Positions 16,486 to 26,163 of a stretch of 47,216 nt of DNA are shown one piece after another. The DNA is from a virus (lineage: Duplodnaviria; Caudoviricetes): positions 1 through 47,216 of the IMG/VR virus record IMGVR_UViG_3300048896_000171. The stretch is one strand, 5' to 3'. Each line of letters starts with the position of its first letter. The first letter of the stretch is position 1. The position numbers and the translations under genes were made by a program. Under the pieces are notes generated by a model. The model was not told the DNA's origin, did no database searches, and was given only the letters and a program-made list of their open reading frames with translations.

Positions 16486-16541
16486 CTCGCGCCAGATCCC
16501 GCGCTGGAACCAGACCAGCACAACAAAAGGGAAGGATCACG

Positions 16542-17411
16542 ATGCGAAAGGCCCTGTTTTACCTCTGCTACGCGCCCGAAGGCGCACCGTCTGGCGGCGG
16601 CCCCGCCGGCGCTCCCGACCCGAGCCCGTCACCTGCACCCGCACCCGCCGCACCGGCGCCGTCCGGTGGAGGGGCGCCTGGCCCGAGTGGGACGCCTGGA
16701 GGACCAGCCTCGCCGGCGTTTACCTACCCCGAAGATCGGGGCGATTGGATTCCGCCACACCGTTTCAAGGAACACCGTCAGCAGCTCGAGCGGTTGCAGC
16801 GCCAGTACGACATCGAACGCGCGCGCGTGCGGTCGCTCGCGGGATTCGAGCCGGAAACCCGGCGCGACCCGGCCCAGGAACAGCTCCGGAATGCATTTTC
16901 CGAAGTGATGCCGGAGCTCAAGCTGTTGAGTAATCCCAATCTCCAGAAAGTGCTCGAGCTCGCCGAATCTGGCCAGCTCGACCAGGTGCTGGGATTGGAG
17001 CGCGCGTACTGGGGCCGGCAGGCCCACAGCTACGGGCGTCAGCTCGTCGACACCTACGCGAAGGCGATCGAAGTCGACGCGAAGACCCTCCCCCCAACGA
17101 CGATGCGCCGCATGGCCTCGTTGTTCCAGCAATTCGTGGGGGAGGACCCGACGGGCGAACGGGTGACGCGGTACGAGAACGAAGATCCGAGCCTGTTGTC
17201 CGAATTCGTCAACGACATCACTGGGGTCTTCATCGAACCGCAGCGACGCGCCGCCGTGACCGCGGCGGCCGCCACCGTGGAAGGCAATCGCCGGCTGCCG
17301 CAACAGGGTCCGCGCGGGGGCGTCCCGCCGCCGACTCCACAGCCGAAACTCGGGGCCAAAGAACGCCGCGAAGCTGCACGCGAATTCGTGCGGCAGAAGG
17401 CCGGCCAGTAG
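16542..17411 (+). CDS. capsid scaffolding protein (putative)
   Basis: Between portal and capsid; Pro/Gly-rich N-terminus, IP..RFKE motif, helical, basic C-terminal helix. Confidence 0.8.
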   Translation: MRKALFYLCYAPEGAPSGGGPAGAPDPSPSPAPAPAAPAPSGGGAPGPSGTPGGPASPAFTYPEDRGDWIPPHRFKEHRQQLERLQRQYDIERARVRSLAGFEPETRRDPAQEQLRNAFSEVMPELKLLSNPNLQKVLELAESGQLDQVLGLERAYWGRQAHSYGRQLVDTYAKAIEVDAKTLPPTTMRRMASLFQQFVGEDPTGERVTRYENEDPSLLSEFVNDITGVFIEPQRRAAVTAAAATVEGNRRLPQQGPRGGVPPPTPQPKLGAKERREAAREFVRQKAGQ

Positions 17412-17437
17412 GCCGGCCGTTTCGAGGTACCTGACCT

Positions 17438-18916
17438 ATGCGTTATCCGACCCGTTACCAGACCCCCGCCTCCCGCTGGGACTGGTTGACGTCTCCCTGG
17501 TTCCGTGTCGCGCTCGCCGCCCTCGCCCTGGTCGTCTTTGCCTGCAAGGGCAATCACGCGGCCGGCGCCGGCGTTGCGATGCTGGCCCTCACGACCGACG
17601 GCGGCACGGCCACGATCGACGGCCTGCTCCGCGAGTTCTACGACGACGAGTTCATCGCGGAAGGCGTGAACAACAAAAACCCGCTCAAGGACGTCATCGA
17701 AGACAAGCTGATGGAGAAGACCTACGGCGGGCGCCACGTCGTGTACCCGTTCCACACCGCCCGCAACCGGTCGCCGTTTGCCTCCGCTGAGTACGGCCTG
17801 TTTGCCGAGGCCGACGTCCAGACCGTGATCCAGGTCGTCGTGGAAGCGCGAAAGATGATGGCCCGGACCATCCTGACGCCGGAAGCGATCGCGGACTCCG
17901 CGCGCTCGGAAATGGCGTTCGAAGACGCGGAAGAATTGAACTTCACGAAGATGATCGACGACCTGGCGCGGCGCGACGAGCTCTTTACGTCGTACTCGGG
18001 TCGCGGCACCCTCGCGCTGATCAACACCGCGACCCCGAACGCCTCGTCGACGATGGCCGTCGACGCGCCGGCGGGCATCACCGGATCCGTCTTCGGAAAC
18101 CGGTTCTTCCAGTCGGGGACCTATGTCGGCGCCATCAACCCGGCGACCGGCGGCCTCCGCGCGACGATCCGCAAGGTGCTCTCGCTCTCGAGCGACGGCA
18201 ATTCGATCGCCATGGACGACGTCGGCGGCGCGACCTGGGCCGAGAACGACATCTTGGTCAAGGCCGCTAACGCCAACGTCACCGACGCGATCAACACCGA
18301 GTACGAAAACTGGTGGTGGGGGATGCTCGGCATCTTCGACGACGGCACGTATCGCGCCGACTACGGCGGCATCGACCGCACCGTGATCGACAACGCGAAC
18401 ACGTACGTCAACCCGTCGACGGGCACCCTCTCGATCGACACGCTGCAGATGCTGGCCGACGCCATGGACACCCGCTGCGGCGGGATCACGTCCCTGATGC
18501 TCTGCCACAACAGCGTTCGCCGGCTCGTGATCAAGCTCACCCAGCCGGACCGCCGGTACATGGGCGAGAGCCTGAGCAAGCCGGACCCGGGCACGGTCGC
18601 ATTCAAACAGGGCGACATCACGATCGGCGAAGTGCCCATCAAGGCGATCCGGGACTTCGCGTTCGGGACGCTGCTCGGCATCGACGTCGAAGGATCGAAG
18701 CTGCGCCGCTACGTGTCCACGAAGGGCGAATGGGTCCGGTGGAAGGACGGCGACATCGCGAAGCCGGTCGGCATCGGCGCCGACGCGCGCGACGCGTTCG
18801 AAGCGTGGTACCGGATGCGGTACCAGAACTGGGCGAAGGAGCCGGCGTACGCGTGGCGTGCGGACGGCATCACCGGCGCGACGATCCCGATCGTCCGGCC
18901 GCTGGGCGACCAGTAA
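17438..18916 (+). CDS. major capsid protein with N-terminal hydrophobic extension
   Basis: LLREFY...N..NPL, GGR.V.YP.H..RN, D...DLARR, GEVPI..RD, AFEAW motifs of podoviral HK97-fold capsids; GAGGT SD at 17438. Confidence 0.9.
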   Translation: MRYPTRYQTPASRWDWLTSPWFRVALAALALVVFACKGNHAAGAGVAMLALTTDGGTATIDGLLREFYDDEFIAEGVNNKNPLKDVIEDKLMEKTYGGRHVVYPFHTARNRSPFASAEYGLFAEADVQTVIQVVVEARKMMARTILTPEAIADSARSEMAFEDAEELNFTKMIDDLARRDELFTSYSGRGTLALINTATPNASSTMAVDAPAGITGSVFGNRFFQSGTYVGAINPATGGLRATIRKVLSLSSDGNSIAMDDVGGATWAENDILVKAANANVTDAINTEYENWWWGMLGIFDDGTYRADYGGIDRTVIDNANTYVNPSTGTLSIDTLQMLADAMDTRCGGITSLMLCHNSVRRLVIKLTQPDRRYMGESLSKPDPGTVAFKQGDITIGEVPIKAIRDFAFGTLLGIDVEGSKLRRYVSTKGEWVRWKDGDIAKPVGIGADARDAFEAWYRMRYQNWAKEPAYAWRADGITGATIPIVRPLGDQ

Positions 18917-18970
18917 ACAGACCGACCGCGGGGCGTTGCTGAAACTCGTGCCCGCGGAATGGTGAACGGT

Positions 18971-19005
18971 GGGGGCCGGCGTACCCGACGGGGGCGCCGG
19001 CTCCC
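18971..19005 (+). terminator. GC-rich hairpin after capsid gene (terminator or stabiliser)
   Basis: GGGGCCGGCG...CGCCGGCTCC followed by GTATTT; weak U tract. Confidence 0.4.
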
Positions 19006-19023
19006 GTATTTGGAGGCCAGATC

Positions 19024-19500
19024 ATGGGATTTCTCGGCGATATGCTCAACGGCGGCCGACGTCGGACCCTGGGGATCGACGTCAGCCGGCAGATCGAAGT
19101 CATCAACCGCACGTCGCGCCGGCTGACGGCTACCGTCGACGGCCGCACCTTCACGCTCGAGCCCGGGAAAAACATGCTGCCGTCGGTCGCGGTGGTCTAC
19201 GCGATCCGCCAGAACCCGCGCTGGGGCACGTTCGACGAAAGCGGCTTGACGGGCGAGTCGTTGATCGCCGTCCCCGGCTTCACGCCCGAGAGCGAATGCG
19301 GGATGATCGAGCCGAGCAAGGAACACAAGGGCAAGGAGCGGTTTGACCGCGACGCGAACCCGCTCCAGGGCCCGCACCAGACGATCACGCTGCCCAAGCG
19401 CGCCCGGCCGGACGAACAGCTTGACCTCAGCCAGGAGAAGAGCGCGATTGAAGTGGCCAACGACAGCGCGGAGACGTTCCGGCTGCCCCCGACCCAGTGA
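19024..19500 (+). CDS. hypothetical protein, head region (158 aa)
   Basis: GGAGG SD; position after MCP. Confidence 0.8.
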   Translation: MGFLGDMLNGGRRRTLGIDVSRQIEVINRTSRRLTATVDGRTFTLEPGKNMLPSVAVVYAIRQNPRWGTFDESGLTGESLIAVPGFTPESECGMIEPSKEHKGKERFDRDANPLQGPHQTITLPKRARPDEQLDLSQEKSAIEVANDSAETFRLPPTQ

Positions 19501-20081
19501 ACACGACGTACCTGGACCTGCCGTCCCCGTTCGGCCTGGCGAAGCTCTCGGACAGCTTCTGCAAGGTCATCGCCGCGTACGATCCGGACCTGGTGATCTT
19601 CCCGTCCCAGAAACACCCGTTCTATCGTCTGGCCCGGCCCGTGCGTCACGGGTCGGTCCGCAATTGGACGCTCTATAAGAAACTGCCCGGGGTGACCGAC
19701 GACATCCGGATCATGCTCGACCGGCAGCTAATCGCGCTGCCCTTCGCGCTGCCGGCGAAGATTGCCACGGGGAGCCCGGAGCACGTCGTCGCGACGATTC
19801 GGGCCCGGGATACCTGGGCGTTTGGCGGCCCCACTGGCGCGGGCGATCGGGCCGCGGACGCCCTCGAAGCGAAGGAAAAAGCGACCCAGAAAGCCATCGA
19901 CGACCGGTACACCGACGAGATGCGCCAACGAAAAAAGGCGGCCGGGATTGCATTTTTGTATCGAACTGGTGCTAGAGTGTCGCTCGTCAGCCCGCGGCGC
20001 ATGGTCGCGCCGCCGGAATCCTCGACGCAGACGGGGCCGGATCGACAGGACCCGGCCGGCTGCTCGACGCAGGAGCCCTGA
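19497..20081 (+). CDS. hypothetical protein (194 aa)
   Basis: GTGA and TGATG coupling. Confidence 0.8.
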   Translation: MNTTYLDLPSPFGLAKLSDSFCKVIAAYDPDLVIFPSQKHPFYRLARPVRHGSVRNWTLYKKLPGVTDDIRIMLDRQLIALPFALPAKIATGSPEHVVATIRARDTWAFGGPTGAGDRAADALEAKEKATQKAIDDRYTDEMRQRKKAAGIAFLYRTGARVSLVSPRRMVAPPESSTQTGPDRQDPAGCSTQEP

Positions 20082-20554
20082 TGTCCCTCTCGCTCAAGAC
20101 CCCGACCCTCGCCAAGCAAGCGTTTTTCCGATCGGCCGTCATCACGAGCGGCGGCGCGATTCTCGGTCTGGCCAACGCCCTCTTCTCGTTCCTGAATCAA
20201 CAGGGCGCGATGCCGGCTGGCGGCCCCGAGCTCCAAGTCACGAGCGACGGCCCGCTGACGTCGACCGAGTCCGTCTTTGCGGACGCGCCGTGCAAAATCT
20301 TTGGGATCGCCATCTACAAGCCGACGGCGACCGCGACGTTCTTCAAGGCCACCGACAGCGCGACGACCAGCTCTGATGCGGACTCGGAAATCCGCCAGAA
20401 GGTCGCCGGCGCCGGCAACTCGATGCTGCTCGCCTATCCCAAGGGAATGGCGATGGCGGCCGGCGTGACCTGCCAGGGCAACACGGCGGCGTCCACCGGC
20501 ACCGGATCGGGCGCGAACGGCCCGGTCGTGACCATGGTCATCGGCAGGCCCTAA
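20081..20554 (+). CDS. putative virion structural protein (157 aa)
   Basis: AGGAG SD; Ala/Thr/Gly-rich beta protein. Confidence 0.7.
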   Translation: MSLSLKTPTLAKQAFFRSAVITSGGAILGLANALFSFLNQQGAMPAGGPELQVTSDGPLTSTESVFADAPCKIFGIAIYKPTATATFFKATDSATTSSDADSEIRQKVAGAGNSMLLAYPKGMAMAAGVTCQGNTAASTGTGSGANGPVVTMVIGRP

Positions 20555-20593
20555 CCGGCAGACGGGCGGGGGCTGAGGGTCCCCCCCATCCCC

Positions 20594-21187
20594 ATGGCCC
20601 TCTTCCCCACGTCCGACAGCGTCGACAACATCTCCGTCCAAGGTCCGGGCGGCGTCGCGCGTCCCGCGGCCGGCCTGAGCTTCGATTCGGAAACCCAGGA
20701 CCTGCTCATCCGGGACCCGGTCACCCAGGAAATCGTCCGCGCCGCCACCGCGCGGAAGATGATCAAAGTCGACATCATCCACCCGGCCGGCGCCGCGGTG
20801 GAGACCGACGCGTTCATCCTGGCGGACCGCAGCATCGTCACGCAGATGTACCTCAACGTGATCACGCCCGAGGTGAGCGGCAACACGAAACTGCTCCACG
20901 TCGGCCTGAAAGCGAGCGAGGGCGGCGACAGCCAGGGGTTCGCCACGTTCTCGGTAGCGACGGCTGGCGTGTACATTCCGCGCCTGGATACGCAGACCAT
21001 CGCGACGTACTTCAAAGACACGGCCAGCATTTCGGGCGGCCCAGGGAGCGAGACCTCGCACTCCCAGGCCCCGTACCAGACGGTGAGCAACGCGGCGCGC
21101 ACCGTCACCTACACGGCCGCCAGTAACAATTTCGCCGAGCTCGTCGCCGAGCTCTGGATTGAGGTCGTGTTGTTCTCGGGTTTGTAA
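20594..21187 (+). CDS. putative capsid decoration/cement protein, paralog A
   Basis: Shares RDPVT, TK..VG...E.GGD..GF...SVAT and AR...YT..SN.F.ELVA with 21248..21883. Confidence 0.65.
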   Translation: MALFPTSDSVDNISVQGPGGVARPAAGLSFDSETQDLLIRDPVTQEIVRAATARKMIKVDIIHPAGAAVETDAFILADRSIVTQMYLNVITPEVSGNTKLLHVGLKASEGGDSQGFATFSVATAGVYIPRLDTQTIATYFKDTASISGGPGSETSHSQAPYQTVSNAARTVTYTAASNNFAELVAELWIEVVLFSGL

Positions 21188-21247
21188 GCCGATCGTTCAC
21201 CCTGCCCCGCGGCCGCGCCTGCGGGGCCTTTCTCAGGAGATGCGCGA

Positions 21248-21883
21248 ATGTCCACTCGCTATATCAAATCCGGCACCAACGCGGCCGACGTCGCCCAGGC
21301 CATTCCGTCCGGCGCCTCGCTTTCGGGCGAGTCCGCCGGCTTCGCGTACCAGGAAGACATCCAGGCCCTGGCGGTTCGGGACCCGGTCACAAATGACCTG
21401 CTCCGGATCTTCACGAGCCCCGCTGGCGAGTCGGTCGCCGAGCGGATCAAGGTCATCCCGATCACCGTGGTCGCGTCGACCGCCGAGCAAGACACGGGCG
21501 TCGACCTGCCGGCGACCGCGGTCGTCCTCGACGCGTACGTCCAGGTCCTCACCGCCGAGGCCACCGGCACCACCAAGACGGTGGACGTCGGCACGCTCTC
21601 GACCGAGTCGGGCGGCGACGCCGACGGGTTCCTCGACGGCATCAGCGTCGCGACCCCGACGGGCGTCAAGGTGCCCTCGCTCGTCGCCGGCGCGGTGACG
21701 CGCGGCGTCCTGCTCAAGGAAACCGTGACCGACAGCGCGGCGGCGACGCACTCGTCTCCGCTGCCCTACACCACGGCGGCGCACCCCTCGGCGCGCTCGA
21801 TTTCGTACACGCTGGGGTCGAACGATTTCGTCGAACTGGTGGCGAAAATCGTGATCCGGTACCTCGAGTTCGGCATCGCGTAG
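21248..21883 (+). CDS. putative capsid decoration/cement protein, paralog B
   Basis: Full-length similarity to 20594..21187; AGGAG SD. Confidence 0.65.
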   Translation: MSTRYIKSGTNAADVAQAIPSGASLSGESAGFAYQEDIQALAVRDPVTNDLLRIFTSPAGESVAERIKVIPITVVASTAEQDTGVDLPATAVVLDAYVQVLTAEATGTTKTVDVGTLSTESGGDADGFLDGISVATPTGVKVPSLVAGAVTRGVLLKETVTDSAAATHSSPLPYTTAAHPSARSISYTLGSNDFVELVAKIVIRYLEFGIA

Positions 21884-21986
21884 GGCCATCTCCGTCTCGC
21901 GCGGGGCGCGGGCGCTGGGAACGGCGGCCGCCCCGGCTGCCGGGCTCTCGGCCCCGCGCGGACGGGACTTTGGGGGAGATTGAGGC

Positions 21987-22415
21987 ATGAGCCAAATGGG
22001 ACGCCTGCATTACCTGTTCACGCAGTTTTCGCGGCTCGTCAGCGAGGCCCTGACCAGCGAGACCAGCAAGACCCTCGCGACGACCGACGACTACACCACC
22101 AACCCGTACGTGTTCAAAGCCGCGCCCGGGGCGGGGTATAGCTTCTACCTCACGCGCATCGTCTTCGCGGTGACCACGGCCGACAAGACCAAGAGCATTC
22201 AGATCCTGGCCGGGTCGACCGTGATCGCGACGATTCTCGGGACCCAGGACCCGACGGCCGCGAACAGCGTCGTCGGCGTCGCGCCGATCGTGGATTTCGG
22301 GCCGGACGGCTTCAAGTGCCCGGCCAACCAGGCGCTGCAGCTCAAGAACAGCGCGACCGGCCTGGCGGGCTCGATCTTCGTGATGGGCTACTCGCGGCAG
22401 AACCCGACGACGTAG
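21987..22415 (+). CDS. putative virion structural protein (142 aa)
   Basis: Beta-rich jelly-roll-like pattern (DFGPDG.......AL.L); GAGG SD. Confidence 0.7.
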   Translation: MSQMGRLHYLFTQFSRLVSEALTSETSKTLATTDDYTTNPYVFKAAPGAGYSFYLTRIVFAVTTADKTKSIQILAGSTVIATILGTQDPTAANSVVGVAPIVDFGPDGFKCPANQALQLKNSATGLAGSIFVMGYSRQNPTT

Positions 22416-22426
22416 ACTAGCGCGCG

Positions 22427-23185
22427 ATGGCCACGGTCATTCAGGAGATCATCGACGGGGCGCGGATTGACCTGCTCGCCGACGGGAACGTCCTGGCGGG
22501 CAACGTCAAGGACGAGTACTGGACCGACGATGAGCTCTTCGGGCACTTCCGCGACGGCGCGAAGGAAATGTGGCGCGCCATCCTCGACCTGTACAAGGGC
22601 CACTTCCTCACCATCGACAAGACGAACATGTCGATCGCGGCGGACAACGACCTGGTCGTCGGCGTGCCGGAGGGGCTCTTTCGCGTTGACCTGATTCGCC
22701 CGCGCGTCATCGGCTTCCAGTCCGGGTCGCGCGGGCTCGTCTTCAAGCCGGTCGACAACATCACCCACCCGCGCTTCGTCCAGGCCCAGGCCTACGGCTC
22801 CGTCTCGGCGCGGAACAACGTGATTTGGTATGCGGTCATCAACGCCGGCTCGCCGACGACGACGCCCGACATCATCATCGCGCCGACGCTCTCCTCGGAC
22901 CTGGACCTGTACGTCGGCTATGAGGGGATCCTGCCGCCGACGCTCAACATCGACTCCGTCAACCCCATCCCGGGCGAGTCCGACCGCGCGCTCCGGGCCT
23001 ACACGGCGGCGTACGCGCGCTGCAAGGACCGCGAGGACCGGAGCCCCGATCCGGAGTTTCTGTCGATCTACGCGACGGAGAAAAAGGGCATTCTCACCGC
23101 CCTGACGCCGCGCTCCATTCAGGAGGCCGAGACCGTCGTCGGCATGTGGGAAGCGACCGACGCCGGCGACGGCATCGGGTACTGA
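22427..23185 (+). CDS. head-tail adaptor protein (podovirus type)
   Basis: MATVIQEIIDGARIDL...YWTDDEL....DG..E.W N-terminus and C-terminal AL..Y.AAYA..K helix. Confidence 0.75.
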   Translation: MATVIQEIIDGARIDLLADGNVLAGNVKDEYWTDDELFGHFRDGAKEMWRAILDLYKGHFLTIDKTNMSIAADNDLVVGVPEGLFRVDLIRPRVIGFQSGSRGLVFKPVDNITHPRFVQAQAYGSVSARNNVIWYAVINAGSPTTTPDIIIAPTLSSDLDLYVGYEGILPPTLNIDSVNPIPGESDRALRAYTAAYARCKDREDRSPDPEFLSIYATEKKGILTALTPRSIQEAETVVGMWEATDAGDGIGY

Positions 23186-23188
23186 CCC

Positions 23189-24478
23189 GTGGCCGACGAA
23201 CAGCCCGAATACCTCCTCGGCGACCGCGGCGTCAACATCGTCGCGTCGCCCCTCCACACGCCCGAGCATGGGCTCCTCGTCGCGAAAAACGTCGAATTCA
23301 AGCGCGTCATGGGGATCGGGGGCATCGGCACGCGCGACGGGATCCGGTTCCTCAATGAAGACGTCCTGGCCGGGCCCGTGATGGCCCTGGTCGACGTGCC
23401 CCTGGACACCGACATCATTCCGGGCGGCGGGGGCGGCGGGACGCGCGCCACGGGCATCTACCTCGCCATCAACCCGGGCGGCGGCGGCGAGCTGTGGCTC
23501 TACTCAGCCGACGGCATCACGTTCAACCTGCTCCCGACGGCGACGCTCCCGTACGGCTGCGGCCCGATCTTCGCGGGCTCCGTCCAGGGCTACCCGGGCC
23601 ATCGCGTCCTCACGCGGAGCGGCGTGTTGTTCTTCGTGTCGGTCGACCCAGTGCCCGGGAGCGTCTCGCTCGTGTCGTACGACGGCGCGACGGTCCTGGT
23701 CCGCGTGCCGGCGTTGCCGGCCCAATTGACCGTGGCGCCGTTGTCGGATTTCAGCGACATGATCGTCGGCGACGGCGGGATCTACTTCGTGTCGCGCGCG
23801 GGCAGCTCGCCGGCCAATTCCGCGCCGTACTTCTACAACCCGACCACCGGCGCCGTGACCGCGCTCGCGATTGCCTCGAGCCCGCTCGAGACGGGCAACG
23901 TCGAAAGCCTGACGGCGGGGCTGGGCTTCCTGTGGTGGAACGATGGCCAGGGCCAGATCCTGCGCGCGCAGCGGCCCGGCGGCGCGATGGTGTTCTTCCA
24001 GACGGCCCCGCTCGACGTGAATAACATCTTTGCGGGCTCGGTCACCTTCGAAGGCCTCGTGTACATCGCGGAAAGCGCGGCCGGCCCGGCCTTCGGGACC
24101 GTCAACGTCTACGTCGTGCCGGACCCGAGCTCGGGCCTCATCGTGAGCGACACCGAGCCCGTGACGGCCTCGGGCGACGGCTACGGCCAGGGCATTGTGT
24201 ACGGCGGCGACCTGTACTGGAGCTTCCGCGATGGCACCGTCCCGACCCAGAAGATTAAGATTTTCTCGGGCGGCGCCTGGAGCGACGATCTTGACCTCGT
24301 GGCCATGTTCGCCACGCCGTCGACGGCCGTGCCGGAAGTACCGTTCATCTTCGGCAGCGATTTGTTCTGGCCCTACAAAGACGGCGCGGCCGGCTTCCTG
24401 CTGAAAAAGTCGGGCGGCGTCTGGACCCAGGTCCTCACCAACAAAAACCTCCGCGGGTTCGGCGGGGTGGTCTCGTGA
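23189..24478 (+). CDS. beta-propeller tail protein with nozzle-like N-terminus
   Basis: GVN...SPL......L.A.NV.....G.I..R.G start; repeated beta blades. Confidence 0.6.
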   Translation: MADEQPEYLLGDRGVNIVASPLHTPEHGLLVAKNVEFKRVMGIGGIGTRDGIRFLNEDVLAGPVMALVDVPLDTDIIPGGGGGGTRATGIYLAINPGGGGELWLYSADGITFNLLPTATLPYGCGPIFAGSVQGYPGHRVLTRSGVLFFVSVDPVPGSVSLVSYDGATVLVRVPALPAQLTVAPLSDFSDMIVGDGGIYFVSRAGSSPANSAPYFYNPTTGAVTALAIASSPLETGNVESLTAGLGFLWWNDGQGQILRAQRPGGAMVFFQTAPLDVNNIFAGSVTFEGLVYIAESAAGPAFGTVNVYVVPDPSSGLIVSDTEPVTASGDGYGQGIVYGGDLYWSFRDGTVPTQKIKIFSGGAWSDDLDLVAMFATPSTAVPEVPFIFGSDLFWPYKDGAAGFLLKKSGGVWTQVLTNKNLRGFGGVVS

Positions 24479-26160
24479 GCTTCTACCTCGCGCAGGCCGG
24501 CTCCGCGCTCCAGGCGATTTCGACCGATGGATCGACCATCGTGACGCTCACGCTCCCGGCCGGCGTCACCATCGACGCGACGAAGCGCGGGTGGTTTACG
24601 GTCCTCAATCACAGCGTGCAGTTCTTCTACGCGCCGTCGATCAATCTGCTGATTCTGCCGGCGAGCCTGACGGTCATTCCGTTGTCGATTCTCGCCCCGA
24701 CCAGTGGGCCCACGCTCGCGGTGGGGGCCGGGACCGGGCTGACGGGGACCTACCGCGCGGCGGTCTCGTACATCATCAAAGACGCCGACGGGAACACGAT
24801 CAACGAAAGCCCGCGGACCGACATCAGCCCGGCGATCACGCTCGCCAACAACAGCCTCGAGTACGACAACCTGCCGATTCCGACCGATCCGAGCGTGACC
24901 GGGCGCCGGCTGTACCGCACGGCCGCCGGCGGGACGGACCTGTTCCAGGTGGTCGACATCGACGACGTGGTGACGACGACCTTCGACGATTCGACCAGCG
25001 ACGACGATCTGGAGCTCCTCCCGGCCGACCCGACGATCGAAGCGCCCCCGGGCGCCGCGCCGGGCACGGCCATCCAAATCGCGGTCGTCCACAAGGAGCG
25101 GATCTTTGCAGTCGGCGCGGGCCGCAACGAGCGCGACGAAGTGATCTGGTCCGAAGTCGGCAAGCCCTACGCCTTCGCCTCGGATAACGGCCTCAACGCG
25201 CCGCCGGTAGGCGTCGACACCTTCGGGGTGACGGGGTTCCTGAGCCGGCGCGACTCGCTCGGCTGCATCAAGCGCCGCTCGTTCAATCGCCTGATTGGCG
25301 ACACGAACGAAGACTTCGGGATGCTCAACGACCGGAACGAAATCGGGTGCTACGCGCCGCACTCCTGCGTCGTGATCGACAACCAGGGGTACTTCCTGGG
25401 GATCGATGGCGTCTATCGCTGGAACGACGACGGCGTCGTCTGCATCACCGAGGACACGGTCGATGGGTGGTTCACCTCGGACACGTTTTTCAACCGGACC
25501 GAGTTCCCGAACGCCATCGGCGGCTGGAACAACGTCGTCAACGCGTACGTCCTGGGCCTCTGCTCGCCGGGCTCCACGGCCATCGATCGCTGGGTCAAAT
25601 TTATGATCGACGCGAACAACGGCCGGGGCGAATGGCTCGGGCCAGACGAGACGGACGCGTTCGATTCGACGATTCGCGCGCGCCTCACCGATGCCAATGG
25701 CGTCGTGCGCTCGGCCATCGGCGCGGCCGACGGGTTTGTCTACCTCGAGAACGCGAACCAGCCCAAGGACACGGAGGGCGACCTGGGCAGCGGCCCGGAA
25801 GATTTCCCGATCGATAGCGTCGTGTTCCCGCGGTTCCACTTCGAAAACGACCCGAGCCAGGAGCACGTCTGGGGCCGCCTGTTCCTGGCCTACCGGCAGG
25901 AGGACGCCGGCGTGCTGGAAGTCACGCCGTACGTGGGCGACGTGAAGGTCGAAGGCGACCAGGTCACCCCGGACGGCTCGATCGCGCAAACCGTCATCGA
26001 CGTCGATCTAACCCTCGATCACACGTTCACGCGCCGATTCCGCGTCGGCCGCGTCGCGACGATGAAATTCCAGACCGCGGCCGCCGAGACCGGCCAGTTC
26101 TATCAGTGGCTGATTTACGGCTACAACCTGCCCGTCTTCTCGGCGGGCACCCGGAAATAG
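24475..26160 (+). CDS. tail nozzle / DNA stabilisation protein (P22 gp10-like)
   Basis: RIF.VG....VIWSE...P..F and IGC.APHS......YFL..DGVY motifs; inserted RRLYRT beta domain. Confidence 0.75.
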   Translation: MSFYLAQAGSALQAISTDGSTIVTLTLPAGVTIDATKRGWFTVLNHSVQFFYAPSINLLILPASLTVIPLSILAPTSGPTLAVGAGTGLTGTYRAAVSYIIKDADGNTINESPRTDISPAITLANNSLEYDNLPIPTDPSVTGRRLYRTAAGGTDLFQVVDIDDVVTTTFDDSTSDDDLELLPADPTIEAPPGAAPGTAIQIAVVHKERIFAVGAGRNERDEVIWSEVGKPYAFASDNGLNAPPVGVDTFGVTGFLSRRDSLGCIKRRSFNRLIGDTNEDFGMLNDRNEIGCYAPHSCVVIDNQGYFLGIDGVYRWNDDGVVCITEDTVDGWFTSDTFFNRTEFPNAIGGWNNVVNAYVLGLCSPGSTAIDRWVKFMIDANNGRGEWLGPDETDAFDSTIRARLTDANGVVRSAIGAADGFVYLENANQPKDTEGDLGSGPEDFPIDSVVFPRFHFENDPSQEHVWGRLFLAYRQEDAGVLEVTPYVGDVKVEGDQVTPDGSIAQTVIDVDLTLDHTFTRRFRVGRVATMKFQTAAAETGQFYQWLIYGYNLPVFSAGTRK

Positions 26161-26163
26161 GCC

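Noticed and set aside
17276-17285. CGTGGAAGGC in the scaffold gene as an antisense target of the CCUUCCA hairpins
   Set aside because: A single 10-nt match within coding sequence is weak and compatible with chance
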